Of a stretch of 64,000 bases of DNA, positions 30,198 to 40,621 are shown one piece after another. The DNA is from a virus. Position 1 is the stretch's first letter. The number at the start of each line of letters is the position of its first letter. A program made the position numbers and the translations under genes. A model generated the notes under the pieces. The model was not told the origin of the DNA. It worked only from the letters and a program-made list of their open reading frames with translations, and searched no databases. The DNA is taken from positions 1 to 64,000 of the IMG/VR virus record IMGVR_UViG_3300023184_000062; one strand, written 5' to 3'.

Positions 30198-31196
30198 ATG
30201 AAATACGCATTAATTGATACCGCAAATACATTCTTTCGTGCCCGTCACATTGCATCACGCAATAGTACAGTTGACGAGAAAATTGGAATGGCAATTCATC
30301 TTACAATGGCAAGTACTAATCAAATCGTTAAACGTTTTGGAATTGATCATGTTGTGTTTTGTTTAGAAGGTCGTAGCTGGCGCAAAGACTACTACACTCC
30401 ATATAAGAAGAACCGTGTAGTAGATACGCTATCGCAAACAGAAGCGGAAGTGGAAGAAAACACCATGTTTTGGCAAACGTATGAGGCCTTCACAAATTAC
30501 CTTAAAGACCGCACAAACTGTAGTGTATTGCGTGATCCTAAGGCTGAGGCTGATGATCTCATAGCAAGGTTTGTGGCACTTCATCCAGAAGATGAACATT
30601 TTATAATTTCAACGGACAGCGATTACCAACAACTAATTTCCTCACGAGTAAAGCAATATTCGGGTGTCACTGGTGAATTGATTACTCTAGAGGGATATTT
30701 TGATGACAAGGGTCGTCCAGTAAAAGATAAGAAAACTAAAGAGCCTAAACTACTTGAAGATCCACAATACATCCTATTCCGAAAGTGCATGAGGGGAGAT
30801 TCAACCGACAACGTATTCAGTGCTTTTCCCGGGGTACGTGAAAAAGGTTCAAGTAAGAAAGCTGGACTAATTGAAGCGTATGCTGACAGAACAAAACGTG
30901 GATTTGACTGGAACAATATGATGTTGCAGCGTTGGACGGACCATGATGGTAATGAGGTTCGGGTCAAAGATGCGTATGAACGGAATCGGGTACTTATAGA
31001 CTTGACAGCACAACCCGATGATGTTAAACTGTCAGTAGATACAAACATCCGTGAAGGTGTGCGTAGAACTACTATTCCTCAAGTAGGCCTACACTTACTA
31101 AAATTTTGCGGGAAGTATGAACTGCAAAAAATTGCAGATAACGCAGAGACATACGCAAAATGGTTGAACAGTCCTTATGTAGGAGTATTGAAATGA
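30198..31196 (+). CDS. rnh: T4 RNase H-like 5'-3' exonuclease (FEN family)
   Basis: LIDT.N, SWRKDYY..YK.NR, EADD, STDSD, GDSTDNV. Confidence 0.9.
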   Translation: MKYALIDTANTFFRARHIASRNSTVDEKIGMAIHLTMASTNQIVKRFGIDHVVFCLEGRSWRKDYYTPYKKNRVVDTLSQTEAEVEENTMFWQTYEAFTNYLKDRTNCSVLRDPKAEADDLIARFVALHPEDEHFIISTDSDYQQLISSRVKQYSGVTGELITLEGYFDDKGRPVKDKKTKEPKLLEDPQYILFRKCMRGDSTDNVFSAFPGVREKGSSKKAGLIEAYADRTKRGFDWNNMMLQRWTDHDGNEVRVKDAYERNRVLIDLTAQPDDVKLSVDTNIREGVRRTTIPQVGLHLLKFCGKYELQKIADNAETYAKWLNSPYVGVLK

Positions 31197-31402
31197 ATAA
31201 CAGAGTAAGAGAATTAATTAAAGAACATGGCAGTGATTCTAGTGGCAAGTGGGTAGCAATTGATAAGGTAGAATTGATTACTGAGTTGATTGTAGAAGAA
31301 TGCCTTGATATTTTAGAAGATGAAGATGATGGTGAAATTGAAACTAGAAGTGTTCGCATTGCTGCGATAAGGATAAAAAAACTTTTTGGAGTTGAAGTAT
31401 GA
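31193..31402 (+). CDS. Small MNxRIxEL/ELIVxEC family protein
   Basis: Paralog of 33275, 43986, 59877. Confidence 0.65.
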   Translation: MNNRVRELIKEHGSDSSGKWVAIDKVELITELIVEECLDILEDEDDGEIETRSVRIAAIRIKKLFGVEV

Positions 31403-31683
31403 AATTTAAAATTTGCGGAATAGATTACGAGGTAAAATATAAGACCCCGGAAGAAATGCAAGGTACAATTGGTCTAGCACGATTCAATGACCAAGAGATT
31501 TGGATTGGTAATCAATTCACTGAACAAACTAAAAAGATTGCATTGTGGCATGAAGTATTACATATACTAGACCATGCTTACAATCTTAAAATGACTGAGG
31601 AACAGGTTAAGTTTCAAACACATGCATTGATTGCACTAGTAGAAGATAACCCGGAAGTATTTAAAAATGGCACAACACAGTAA
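31399..31683 (+). CDS. ImmA/IrrE-like small metallopeptidase
   Basis: G......I.I.......ALWHEVLH..E.QV. Confidence 0.7.
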   Translation: MKFKICGIDYEVKYKTPEEMQGTIGLARFNDQEIWIGNQFTEQTKKIALWHEVLHILDHAYNLKMTEEQVKFQTHALIALVEDNPEVFKNGTTQ

Positions 31684-32512
31684 TTACTGGTCATGCACCC
31701 CTTTTGCCGATTGGGTGCGCGGTACGCCAAAAGGCGGAGCCAAGACTAGTGAAGATTGGGATGAATGGAATAATGCAGCTAAACAATACCATCCTGTTCG
31801 TTATTGGTTAGCAGAAGAAGCACTTGATAAACTTCAAGATTTTGTAACATATCCTATTAGAAAAATTTACGATGTTAAGTATTACATCAATAACCGTTGG
31901 GTTACTCGTACTCATGCTCTCACCGCTCATCACCGTGATATTAAGCCTGGTTCTTGGTCTGATGTTGGCAATCGCTTCCTTCCATGCTTATTTAATGAGT
32001 TGGTTGATTTTGTTGAGGTTGAACAAGCCTGGAGTCACATCGCATGGGGAAGTAAAGAAGATAGAAAGAAGTATGATGCTCCTTTTTATGCTACTGGGTG
32101 GTGGCGTTGGCGCACTTGGCGTTGCCCTCAAGCAGGTCTTGATCATCTTGACTGGGCAATGACACTTGTACTTGATAAAGATATGGGAGTAGATCCAGCT
32201 AACCCAGAGTACGGTAAGCCTACTGGTCAAGCATTACGTGCTAAAGAAATTAAAGAACTTTACACATGGTGGACCACTGTATATCCAAATCGTCCAGACC
32301 CGCACGATGCAAGTGGCTGGAGTGAATACTGTGAAAGTTTACGCATTAAGTTTGGTACAAACTGGATTGGTAGATCCGATAAAGATACTGCAAGTAAAAA
32401 AGCAGGTGATAAGGCTCTTAAACTTACTACTAAGATTGAAAAAGCCTACGACAAAGAAGATACTGAAATGATGATTCGTTTAATTAAAATTCGTGATAGT
32501 TTGTGGACATGA
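31667..32512 (+). CDS. Conserved Trp-rich phage protein
   Basis: Long ORF. Confidence 0.75.
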   Translation: MAQHSNYWSCTPFADWVRGTPKGGAKTSEDWDEWNNAAKQYHPVRYWLAEEALDKLQDFVTYPIRKIYDVKYYINNRWVTRTHALTAHHRDIKPGSWSDVGNRFLPCLFNELVDFVEVEQAWSHIAWGSKEDRKKYDAPFYATGWWRWRTWRCPQAGLDHLDWAMTLVLDKDMGVDPANPEYGKPTGQALRAKEIKELYTWWTTVYPNRPDPHDASGWSEYCESLRIKFGTNWIGRSDKDTASKKAGDKALKLTTKIEKAYDKEDTEMMIRLIKIRDSLWT

Positions 32513-32513
32513 T

Positions 32514-32963
32514 ATGAAAAAGATTTACTACGAAAAAGTAGGACGTAAGTATGTACCTGTTGCAGAATACGATAGCGACTGGATGGACAGTTTTCATAAA
32601 GGTACACACCTTTTGATGGTATATCCGGGTGGGCAGAGTCGTAGGTTTAATATTGATCCTAACTACGCGGCTATGATTGCAGCCAGCCGAGTAGCCGAAG
32701 AGGCTATAATTCGTGCTATGCATAAAGCTAGTGAACTGAAACCTGTGCGAACTCCGATAACAGAAGGTCAACGCAAGGCATGGAAGAAATTGGCTAAAGA
32801 GTTTGGAGATGAACTTTGTACGTTGAGTGGAGCCAGTTCACACGATATTGCCGAAGCAGGTGTGAAAGCTATGATGGCAGAAGCTGATCAGTTAATGACT
32901 AACCCTGCTGTAAAGAAAGCCTACGAACATTTTTTATTGGTTGCTGAATTGACAAAGGATTAA
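32514..32963 (+). CDS. Hypothetical protein
   Basis: ORF. Confidence 0.7.
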   Translation: MKKIYYEKVGRKYVPVAEYDSDWMDSFHKGTHLLMVYPGGQSRRFNIDPNYAAMIAASRVAEEAIIRAMHKASELKPVRTPITEGQRKAWKKLAKEFGDELCTLSGASSHDIAEAGVKAMMAEADQLMTNPAVKKAYEHFLLVAELTKD

Positions 32964-33274
32964 GTATGACAGTAGATGAATACGTTAAAGAATTAGAAGG
33001 ATATCTTGAACCTGAATTAATTGCTAGATTTAGTGATTGGTCAACTGATACCAAATTGTATATGTACTTACACCATATTCAACTGCGACATATGGATGAG
33101 TTTAGTAATGCATTAAGTATTGCTACTCAAATTTTGTGTTCTTTAAGAAAAAATAATGATGCGTAAATATATCACTAACAAATTCAATAGTGTATTTCTT
33201 CCCTACGAGGAAGGGATGATTGAATGGCTAATTGAGAATTATCCATATAGTAAATATGTTGTTGTGGAGGTCGT

Positions 33275-33457
33275 GTGAGAAAACTAATCAAAGAACTTGA
33301 ACCACAATGTTGGGAACACAATGAATTTGGTCTTAATTTTAATTACGAAAAGTTTGCCGAGTTGATTATAAAAGAATGTGCTATTGCAGTAGCCAAAGCC
33401 AATAACCCTCTTGGACGCAATATTGATAAACTATTTGAAATGCACTTTGAAAAATGA
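33275..33457 (+). CDS. Small KFAELIxxEC family protein
   Basis: EKFAELIIKEC. Confidence 0.6.
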   Translation: MRKLIKELEPQCWEHNEFGLNFNYEKFAELIIKECAIAVAKANNPLGRNIDKLFEMHFEK

Positions 33458-33678
33458 TTGAAATTTTTATACCTGTATTGTTTATGTGCCTAAATGACAA
33501 TTGTAATTTTATGCAATCACAGAATGTTTATAAGTCGGAAGCACAATGCAGATTGTCAATTGATAATCAAAAAAAACACATGCTTGAAGTTGCTAATCAA
33601 GCTGGTCAGCCAAAGATGACTATACTTGAAGGTACTTGTATTAATACGAAAATTGAAAATACAGGAAAGAAAATATGA
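33454..33678 (+). CDS. Small Cys-containing hypothetical protein
   Basis: ORF. Confidence 0.55.
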   Translation: MIEIFIPVLFMCLNDNCNFMQSQNVYKSEAQCRLSIDNQKKHMLEVANQAGQPKMTILEGTCINTKIENTGKKI

Positions 33679-33956
33679 TTGATTTACATTTCAAACTTAA
33701 CAATCCATGGAGTGAACGTTGGAATTTTCTTTGGTCTAAACATAGAATGATTACCAAATACAAAGCCTGGGAATTAGGTTTATATCGTACAAATAGTATT
33801 GTTGAATTATATTTTCACTATAGAATAAGATGTGACCATGCTGGAGTTAAATTTATGTTCAGTTTATTTGGCTACACTATTGAATTGAATTTATACGATA
33901 CCCGTCATTGGGATTATGATAATAAAACTTGGGGAACATATGCGGAATCAAGCTGA
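33675..33956 (+). CDS. Hypothetical protein
   Basis: ORF. Confidence 0.55.
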   Translation: MIDLHFKLNNPWSERWNFLWSKHRMITKYKAWELGLYRTNSIVELYFHYRIRCDHAGVKFMFSLFGYTIELNLYDTRHWDYDNKTWGTYAESS

Positions 33957-34233
33957 ATACTTTAAAGAAAATCGTCATGTAGCCAAATATGAATTTGGTG
34001 AACGTATCTTTGGATATTGGAATAGTATTCCATTTGTAGGTACAGTTGGCAATGATACCGTAATCAATGAAACAATTGGGCCACAATACAGTATCCATTT
34101 GGATTTACCAATATGCTTTGAGAATACTACCTATAATGTTATAGTAGACAAACAAAGTAATTTTAAAAAGATTACAAAATTAATAGAAATGGAAGAAGAT
34201 GTCAAAACCACTAATCGCAAAACCCGTCGTTAA
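33940..34233 (+). CDS. Hypothetical (SH3-like) protein
   Basis: KYEFGERIFG..FVGTVG pattern. Confidence 0.5.
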   Translation: MRNQAEYFKENRHVAKYEFGERIFGYWNSIPFVGTVGNDTVINETIGPQYSIHLDLPICFENTTYNVIVDKQSNFKKITKLIEMEEDVKTTNRKTRR

Positions 34234-34657
34234 AAATCAATTTTGGATTGTTACTGATGGCAAAGAAAAAGTAGGAAATGTAATTGCTGATGGGTCTGGA
34301 TTTGAAGTAAAACTTAACGGCAGTAAAACTCATTTCAAAAATACTAATGCAATTAAAAAGCAAACTAGTATTCAGTTTGAAACAATTAAAATAGATAAGC
34401 ACAAAAAAGAAGTACCTTTCAACGAATACCCTACTACAAAGAAGGTATTTAACTCTATACTTGATATTAAACGCAAGATCCATCTATTCACAACAACACA
34501 AAAAAGCAAATGCTTTCACGCCGCGGGATGGTATGTACTGTATCAAGGTGACGAACCAGTTGTAACATTCTGTCCTAAATACATCTTTATACAGCGTTAT
34601 GAGTATCTAGGTCCGTTCAAAACAGAGGATGAGGCGAAAAAACTGATAAATATCTAA
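34199..34657 (+). CDS. Conserved phage hypothetical protein
   Basis: ORF. Confidence 0.7.
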   Translation: MSKPLIAKPVVKNQFWIVTDGKEKVGNVIADGSGFEVKLNGSKTHFKNTNAIKKQTSIQFETIKIDKHKKEVPFNEYPTTKKVFNSILDIKRKIHLFTTTQKSKCFHAAGWYVLYQGDEPVVTFCPKYIFIQRYEYLGPFKTEDEAKKLINI

Positions 34658-34857
34658 TGATTCATATCAAACGATTTATTGATAGGGTAGCAAGTATTGA
34701 GAGTAGACAGGGTAAGGATGTGGTTATTCCATTATCTGATGCTAGAGGTTTACGTGATGAATTAGCTAAACTATTGGTAGATCACTATGAAAGTACTGAA
34801 GGAAAGAAGAACACTTCCGAAGTTATTCAAGTTGAACTAGTCGGAGGTAAATTTTAA
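34657..34857 (+). CDS. Hypothetical protein
   Basis: ORF after TAAATA. Confidence 0.65.
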   Translation: MIHIKRFIDRVASIESRQGKDVVIPLSDARGLRDELAKLLVDHYESTEGKKNTSEVIQVELVGGKF

Positions 34858-35495
34858 TGAGCAGAACACAAGCATATTTATACAGATGGACACACAAATC
34901 TTCAGGAATGTGGTATGTTGGGTGTCGCACTGCCAAGGGCTGTCATCCCGATGACGGATATTTATGTTCAAGTAATTTAGTTAAACCTTTGTTGTTAGAA
35001 TCTCCCACAGATTGGGATAGAAAAATCTTGTGTATAGCTGATCCAAATTATATTCTAAATTTAGAAACTTTATACTTACATGAAGTAGACGCAAAAAATG
35101 ACCCGTTGAGTTTTAATCAACACAACGGTGATGGCAAATTTATTCTAAGATCACACAGTCAATTAACGAAAAATAAATTTAAAGATGGCAGGATGGCTAA
35201 AGAAAATAATGGATTTTATGGAAAAAAACACACTACCGAATCTATAGAAAAATCTAAAAAAGTCGGGTCTGACAACGGCATGTTTGGAAAATATAACAAG
35301 GATAATCCTAATTTTGGCAAGATTAGATCAGATGAATCTAAAATCAAATATAGTTTATCTAAAGTAGGAAACAAACATCCGTCTAAAAATACAAAAAATC
35401 ACAAAGTATGCGAACATTGTGGATTGACAATCACCCTGCCTACAAATTATACTCGGTGGCACGGAGAAAAATGTAAAAGGAATACTAATGTCTAG
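34857..35495 (+). mobile_element. Free-standing GIY-YIG (Seg-like) homing endonuclease with NUMOD3-like repeats
   Basis: YLYRW...WYVG.R...DDGY.CSS; NGFYGKKHT.ES, NGMFGK, NPNFGK; C-terminal CEHCG...RWH.EKC. Confidence 0.85.
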
Positions 35496-35781
35496 AACAC
35501 AACCAAAAATTCTGCTAGAAATCGTAGATAAGAACACATACAAATGTGACCAAATTGTAGAAGCTGCGGGAATATGGGCCATTATGTTTGAAGGACAACC
35601 AATCAATTTAAAGTCACAACACTATCAAGATCCAGATGCCACTCCCAAGTATAAGAAAACAAGTTTCAGTAATCCTGGACATGCACGTAATCTTTGTCGC
35701 AAACTAAACACACAATTTAAAACAGATAAATTTACAGTCGTGTTTATGAATAATGGTACTACTGTGTACCCAGATGAGTGA
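35488..35781 (+). CDS. Conserved phage hypothetical protein (homing endonuclease insertion neighbour)
   Basis: ORF starting MSRTQ. Confidence 0.75.
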   Translation: MSRTQPKILLEIVDKNTYKCDQIVEAAGIWAIMFEGQPINLKSQHYQDPDATPKYKKTSFSNPGHARNLCRKLNTQFKTDKFTVVFMNNGTTVYPDE

Positions 35782-36163
35782 TAGAAAAAAACTAAAGTAC
35801 ACTATCACTAGAGCAGTTATGGATCAACTGCCTAGCAACAATATCCCAATTGAGACAATCATAAGTGATTGGTGGTTCACCAAATCAGGTGACAGCCTGC
35901 GCCTGACTCCCCAGGGCGATATAAAATTCAAAGAAGCACAGATAGAATATTTTGACCTACCAGTTAAAGTTAAGAAAACTAATTGGTATAAGTTTTTAAC
36001 TGAATGTAATAGAAAAATTAAATGTCCATATTACTTTAGTGTAAATAAAGGTGGAGAAACAAAAGAACCCTTTATCAGATTGTACGATAGTAAGATAGCA
36101 ATGATGCTAGCACTATATGGTGATATAGAAAGTTATTTAGAATCAGTGAGGATACGACAATGA
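35774..36163 (+). CDS. Hypothetical protein
   Basis: ORF. Confidence 0.7.
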   Translation: MSDRKKLKYTITRAVMDQLPSNNIPIETIISDWWFTKSGDSLRLTPQGDIKFKEAQIEYFDLPVKVKKTNWYKFLTECNRKIKCPYYFSVNKGGETKEPFIRLYDSKIAMMLALYGDIESYLESVRIRQ

Positions 36164-36333
36164 CAGAAGAAAAGAAAAGCAAAAATCCATTTATAGCAAT
36201 GGCACAAGAAGCTAAAAAGAAAAACGCAGCAAATCCAGGATTGGGTAAGGCTCCTAAAAGTCAAGGACCTAAGGCAAATACTAAGGGATTTGGTGGAGCA
36301 AATGTTACACGTAGAGCAGGTCGCGGTGGTTAA
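36160..36333 (+). CDS. Small basic protein (57 aa, not in ORF track)
   Basis: MTEEKKSKNPF...RRAGRGG; ATGA overlap. Confidence 0.6.
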   Translation: MTEEKKSKNPFIAMAQEAKKKNAANPGLGKAPKSQGPKANTKGFGGANVTRRAGRGG

Positions 36334-36824
36334 TACCACTCACCTTCATTACGCATACGTTTAATAAAAGACAAGTAATTACTACATACACCGAAACAAC
36401 GTAGGTGTACTGTACTGTACATACCTCTATCCTGTATCTCGGGTAGAAATATAACACTAGAATTATCTATCGCAACAGTTCCGGGAGTAATGATTTTACC
36501 ATTACTTGCTGTTACCGGAGTACTTTCAGTATCAGTAGGGAACCAAAAGTAATTTGGATATAACTTGCTAGGTTGAGTAACTATCCAATCTTGCATTTCA
36601 GTATTCATAGCATTTAACCAAAACCGAGGACCTTGCAAGTATTTTTCGGTCACTTGTGTTATGGGTTGATTCACACCCAAATATAGTATTCCACTTTCAC
36701 GCCAAACATTGACCATAGTGCTGAATCCAGCATTCATTGATTTGGTTATTTGTTTTGGGGTAGCAGCATCTTCAAAATTGGTGCCGTCATAGATTCCCTG
36801 ATAGGATATATATTGTAAACGCAT
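36330..36824 (-). CDS. GDPD/PLC-like phosphodiesterase homolog, apparently inactive
   Basis: ISYQG...GFSTMVNVW...LYLGVN pattern mirrors ISHRG/EVDVW/LGHD. Confidence 0.5.
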   Translation of the reverse strand: MRLQYISYQGIYDGTNFEDAATPKQITKSMNAGFSTMVNVWRESGILYLGVNQPITQVTEKYLQGPRFWLNAMNTEMQDWIVTQPSKLYPNYFWFPTDTESTPVTASNGKIITPGTVAIDNSSVIFLPEIQDRGMYSTVHLRCFGVCSNYLSFIKRMRNEGEWY

Positions 36825-37064
36825 TTAGTATTTAGTCTTGTCAACGGAAGTACGGTCTGCCGCGTTAAATATATATGCAAGACAAAAATCAACTTGATGA
36901 CTACGAAACGAAACAGGATAAAAATGAATCGTTTCAGGAACAGTATTTGCCCACTAGTTATGATTGGAGATTATCCAATTGTGATGAAAGGCGTAGTGTT
37001 CCGTGTAAGATCAAAGATGAATATGTTAAGCATAAATTTCATTAACACTAAAAGGAAACTTAAA

Positions 37065-37334
37065 ATGAAAAAAATCGCTACTCTTATCGCTACTTTGTTA
37101 ACTACTGCTGCTTTTGCAACTGAACCTGCTAAGACTCCTGCTGCACCGGCTGCTCCTGCTGTAACTGCTTCTGCTCCTGCTAAGGAAGAAATGAAGTTAG
37201 CCAAGAAGAAGGAGGACAAAAAGGCTGATGCCACCAAAAGTGCTAAGCCAGCTAAACCTGCCCAAGACAAAACGGCTACAGCTAAAACTGAGCCTGCAAA
37301 ACCAGCAGCGCCAGCAGTACCCGCTACTAAGTAA
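37065..37334 (+). CDS. Secreted Pro/Ala/Lys-rich protein
   Basis: Signal MKKIATLIATLLTTAAFA; AAGGA SD. Confidence 0.75.
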   Translation: MKKIATLIATLLTTAAFATEPAKTPAAPAAPAVTASAPAKEEMKLAKKKEDKKADATKSAKPAKPAQDKTATAKTEPAKPAAPAVPATK

Positions 37335-37594
37335 TACAATAATAGAGGAGGATGATGACGATGATGGTCCAGAAGAATTGGATTATCATCGTGCATATGG
37401 TCGTCCTAAGGTTTACTATGTAGATGAAAAAGTTATAGATTTAGGTGATGACCCATTATCTGATTATGTAACTGTCAGGTTAGCCCTTTCCAGAGCAAAA
37501 GCCTTGCTAAAATATAGAGAAACCTATACAATTGTATAAATACAGTTAAGAGTTCTGTTTTAAAAACTCTTTAACACACTTACACGGAGAATAT

Positions 37595-37768
37595 ATGTTA
37601 AACCACTTAGCGGGCTATTTTTGTAGCCTACTCAATAACTTCAGCAGACCACAAACTTATGGCTCTGCATTAGAAGAATACATTGTTAGACATGCACCCC
37701 AAAATGCATGTGATGTAGACCGTCTCACCCGTCAATTTGAAATACAACAATCTGGTAGAGGATGGTAA
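37595..37768 (+). CDS. Small protein (57 aa, not in ORF track)
   Basis: GGAG SD; follows TATAAATA at 37535. Confidence 0.55.
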   Translation: MLNHLAGYFCSLLNNFSRPQTYGSALEEYIVRHAPQNACDVDRLTRQFEIQQSGRGW

Positions 37769-37937
37769 TCATGCAAGTATTAAAAGCAATATACAATTTT
37801 TTTGGTGCTATGAGACAGGCAAGAGCAGCCTCAACATTAGCACACAATGGAGATCATAAAGGCGCACGTAAACTTATTATGTCTGACTTTAAGGGCTGGA
37901 TCTAATAACTAAATAACATACTAACAAAGGATCCATT

Positions 37938-38183
37938 ATGTTTACACCTGATTTTTATATAGAAATGTTCCAGACCTCAAAAAGGATGGCAACTAACCAA
38001 ATTTTCAAAGACGAGAGATTAAATAAGGTCGCCAACGACTTTATAGATGCCCAAACAGTATTTGCAAAGATGATGGCAAAGAATACAATAGAGATGTTAA
38101 CTTATGCTGCTGACAGCATGAGTAAAACAATTTATCCTCAAGGTGAGGATGAAACAGTCAAGGCAAAGACTGAGAAAAAATAA
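37938..38183 (+). CDS. Small helical (possibly phasin-like) protein
   Basis: Amphipathic helical ORF; AAGGA SD. Confidence 0.5.
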   Translation: MFTPDFYIEMFQTSKRMATNQIFKDERLNKVANDFIDAQTVFAKMMAKNTIEMLTYAADSMSKTIYPQGEDETVKAKTEKK

Positions 38184-38220
38184 GCTATTCACACACCGAC
38201 ATTAACACAAGGAGATTATT

Positions 38221-38493
38221 ATGTCAGATTTCACACCAAAATTACCCGAAGTAAAATTCAACAAGAACGGTTACGAGATTCGTACCGAAATTTTAGATAT
38301 GGCCAAAGGTCTTGTTTCAGAGGAATACCATTCCAAGTTTCAAGGTTGGGAAATGTCAGTTGCCAGAGATGAAAAGACTGGTAAACTAGTTACCACAGTA
38401 GGTATGCCCGAATTCCCAGGTCTAGACAAGATTTTGGAAACTGCTGAAAAGATGTATGCGTTTGTAAACCAAAACACAACTTCTAAGAAGTAA
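38221..38493 (+). CDS. Conserved phage protein (KNGYEIRTEIL.MA motif)
   Basis: AGGAG SD; ORF. Confidence 0.7.
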   Translation: MSDFTPKLPEVKFNKNGYEIRTEILDMAKGLVSEEYHSKFQGWEMSVARDEKTGKLVTTVGMPEFPGLDKILETAEKMYAFVNQNTTSKK

Positions 38494-38509
38494 TTCTTTT
38501 ACACACCGT

Positions 38510-38531
38510 AATGCCCCTTAATTGGGGCGTT
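38510..38531 (+). terminator. Hairpin, probable terminator
   Basis: AATGCCCC-TTAATT-GGGGCGTT. Confidence 0.5.
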
Positions 38532-38595
38532 CCTACCTTGACAATAAATCTATTGTGTGATATACTAACGTATATTGTATAACTATGGGTAACCC

Positions 38596-40080
38596 ATGAA
38601 AAAACTTTTATTGTTGTTGTCAGTTGTAATTGCGGGGTGTGGCGGGGGTGGTAATAGTAATACTACACCATCGTCGCCAAGTATTGCTGCACAGGGAGCC
38701 CTAATCTCCCCTGATCCGGCATTATTTTCAAATACTCCAATATTATTACCAGACCTTAAAGCCAAGTATGATGCACTTTGTGGTAGTAATGTTAATGTAC
38801 AAACTGCAATACCAATTGATTTAAACAATGACGGCAAACTAGATTTAGTATTTGATTTATGGTGCAATCACAAACCAGCGGGTGAATACTATGTAGGACC
38901 AGTACCCAACACATTGGTAGCATTTATTCAAACTTCACCTGGCGTATTTCAAGATAAAACAAAAGATATTTTTGGATCCGATGTAGTTGATATCGGCGGT
39001 AAAAACTACGGGTATATAGTTACTGATTTGAATGGTGATGGATATGATGACCTGGTTATGTCGTGCGATAGAGAGGACGGCAGAATCACTAATGATTATA
39101 GTTTTTCCAGTAATATGAATTGTCAAACTGTTTCTTTTATAAGCGATGGAAGGGGGAAATACAATAAAGTTTCTTTTGGAAATACATTATGGGGAGATGA
39201 TATTAAACTAATAAAAGATAAAAATGGCAATAAACAAATTATATTATTACCAGCTGATAGTTCACCTGAGGCATGGACATACAATGGTCAATGGAATAGA
39301 GTTCCGGGATATGAATGGCTACAAAAAAATCCAGTGTTTATTCAATCAACAAATTCAAACTCTACAACTACAATTATTAACAAATATTCTAATGGACAAA
39401 AATTAGAAATATGGAATAGTTTAAATGATGTGTGGAGTAAACTATTGGATTATTTTTATCTCTCACCTACTACAATATTACTCACAAACAGTTCAATGAA
39501 TACAACTACTACCTCTATATTTAGGATTGATAATACTGATTATATTGATTACGGTGGTTTATATGAGGGATGCGCTTTAAAAAGAACAAAAGACGGACCA
39601 ACCGAAGTACTATATTCATTTGTGGGAGGTACAATTCAGGGAGGATATACTGGTCAAACATTAACTGACACATGGAAACCACCAATCGTAAAATTAATGT
39701 CATTGGGGGTGACTACTCAAAATTTAAATATATCACCAGTGACATTAAATACAGACCAGATAGATTCAAACTTTTATCATATGACCTGCCAGGATTTAAA
39801 TAACGACGGTATGGATGATGTATTAATAAGAACAACTGGCACTCCATTAATTTATGTAAATAATGGACAAGGTAAATTTGGAAAAGTTAATTCTAATATA
39901 ATACCAAAAGCACCTATAGGAGCAGCACATATCTATGTAGATATTGACGGAGATGGAATTAAGGATTTGTTATATTTCCCAATTGATAGATGGCAATTTG
40001 GTAATTATACTAAGGTTCAGTTCTTGCTATACAGGGGAAATAGAGCAATAAAGCAAGATGATTTGGTTTTTGCTAACTAA
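38596..40080 (+). CDS. Lipoprotein with FG-GAP/VCBS (DxNxDG) repeats
   Basis: Lipobox IAGC; DLNNDGKLD, DLNGDGYDD, DLNNDGMDD, DIDGDGIKD; own TTGACA-17-TATACT promoter at 38538. Confidence 0.85.
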   Translation: MKKLLLLLSVVIAGCGGGGNSNTTPSSPSIAAQGALISPDPALFSNTPILLPDLKAKYDALCGSNVNVQTAIPIDLNNDGKLDLVFDLWCNHKPAGEYYVGPVPNTLVAFIQTSPGVFQDKTKDIFGSDVVDIGGKNYGYIVTDLNGDGYDDLVMSCDREDGRITNDYSFSSNMNCQTVSFISDGRGKYNKVSFGNTLWGDDIKLIKDKNGNKQIILLPADSSPEAWTYNGQWNRVPGYEWLQKNPVFIQSTNSNSTTTIINKYSNGQKLEIWNSLNDVWSKLLDYFYLSPTTILLTNSSMNTTTTSIFRIDNTDYIDYGGLYEGCALKRTKDGPTEVLYSFVGGTIQGGYTGQTLTDTWKPPIVKLMSLGVTTQNLNISPVTLNTDQIDSNFYHMTCQDLNNDGMDDVLIRTTGTPLIYVNNGQGKFGKVNSNIIPKAPIGAAHIYVDIDGDGIKDLLYFPIDRWQFGNYTKVQFLLYRGNRAIKQDDLVFAN

Positions 40081-40108
40081 TTTTGCTTAAAAATTAAGCA
40101 AAAAAAGG

Positions 40109-40137
40109 TTGACATTAATTGGATTTGGGTATATAAT
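40109..40137 (+). promoter_or_regulatory. Consensus sigma70 early promoter (repeat family)
   Basis: TTGACA-17-TATAAT with TTTGGGTA spacer. Confidence 0.9.
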
Positions 40138-40170
40138 AGAATCTTAGACAGTAAACAAACGGAGTTAATT

Positions 40171-40398
40171 ATGAATCTCAATATCAACGATGCAATTTCT
40201 TGGACTAGTGCTGCCGGCGACCTGTCAGGTTATATCTCTAATATTTGTCTCAATCTCAATGCTGCTAATCAAGTTGTGCCCTGGATTGATGTTACATATA
40301 TGCACGAAAACGGCCGTGAATGTAGTGTCCGTCTTTGCGCTACTGAATCAAATCTCAAGGCAATGCGTGTTGCTAAACTTAACGCTGAAACTGTTTAA
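40171..40398 (+). CDS. Early hypothetical protein
   Basis: GGAG SD after promoter. Confidence 0.65.
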   Translation: MNLNINDAISWTSAAGDLSGYISNICLNLNAANQVVPWIDVTYMHENGRECSVRLCATESNLKAMRVAKLNAETV

Positions 40399-40408
40399 GG
40401 AGTAAATT

Positions 40409-40606
40409 ATGGCAATCGTACACAATGTTCAAATGTACCCTGTATATGAAGGTCATATCAATGACCACAAGATCCTGACTGAGCGTGAGTTTACCGCCTA
40501 TCAGGATGCTATTGACTATGTGGAGTTCTTTAACTCAACGGGAGCCCAGGGAGTCATTGCTGTCTACACTGGTGCCATTGATACAGTCTCCGGTGAAAAT
40601 CTATAA
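40409..40606 (+). CDS. Hypothetical protein
   Basis: AAGGAG SD. Confidence 0.65.
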   Translation: MAIVHNVQMYPVYEGHINDHKILTEREFTAYQDAIDYVEFFNSTGAQGVIAVYTGAIDTVSGENL

Positions 40607-40621
40607 ACTAAAGGAATTGTA

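Noticed and set aside
36890-36915. TTGATGA...GAAAC resembling a hammerhead core
   Set aside because: Core is TTGATGA not CTGATGA, no convincing stems, and it lies in a plausible small ORF starting 36875
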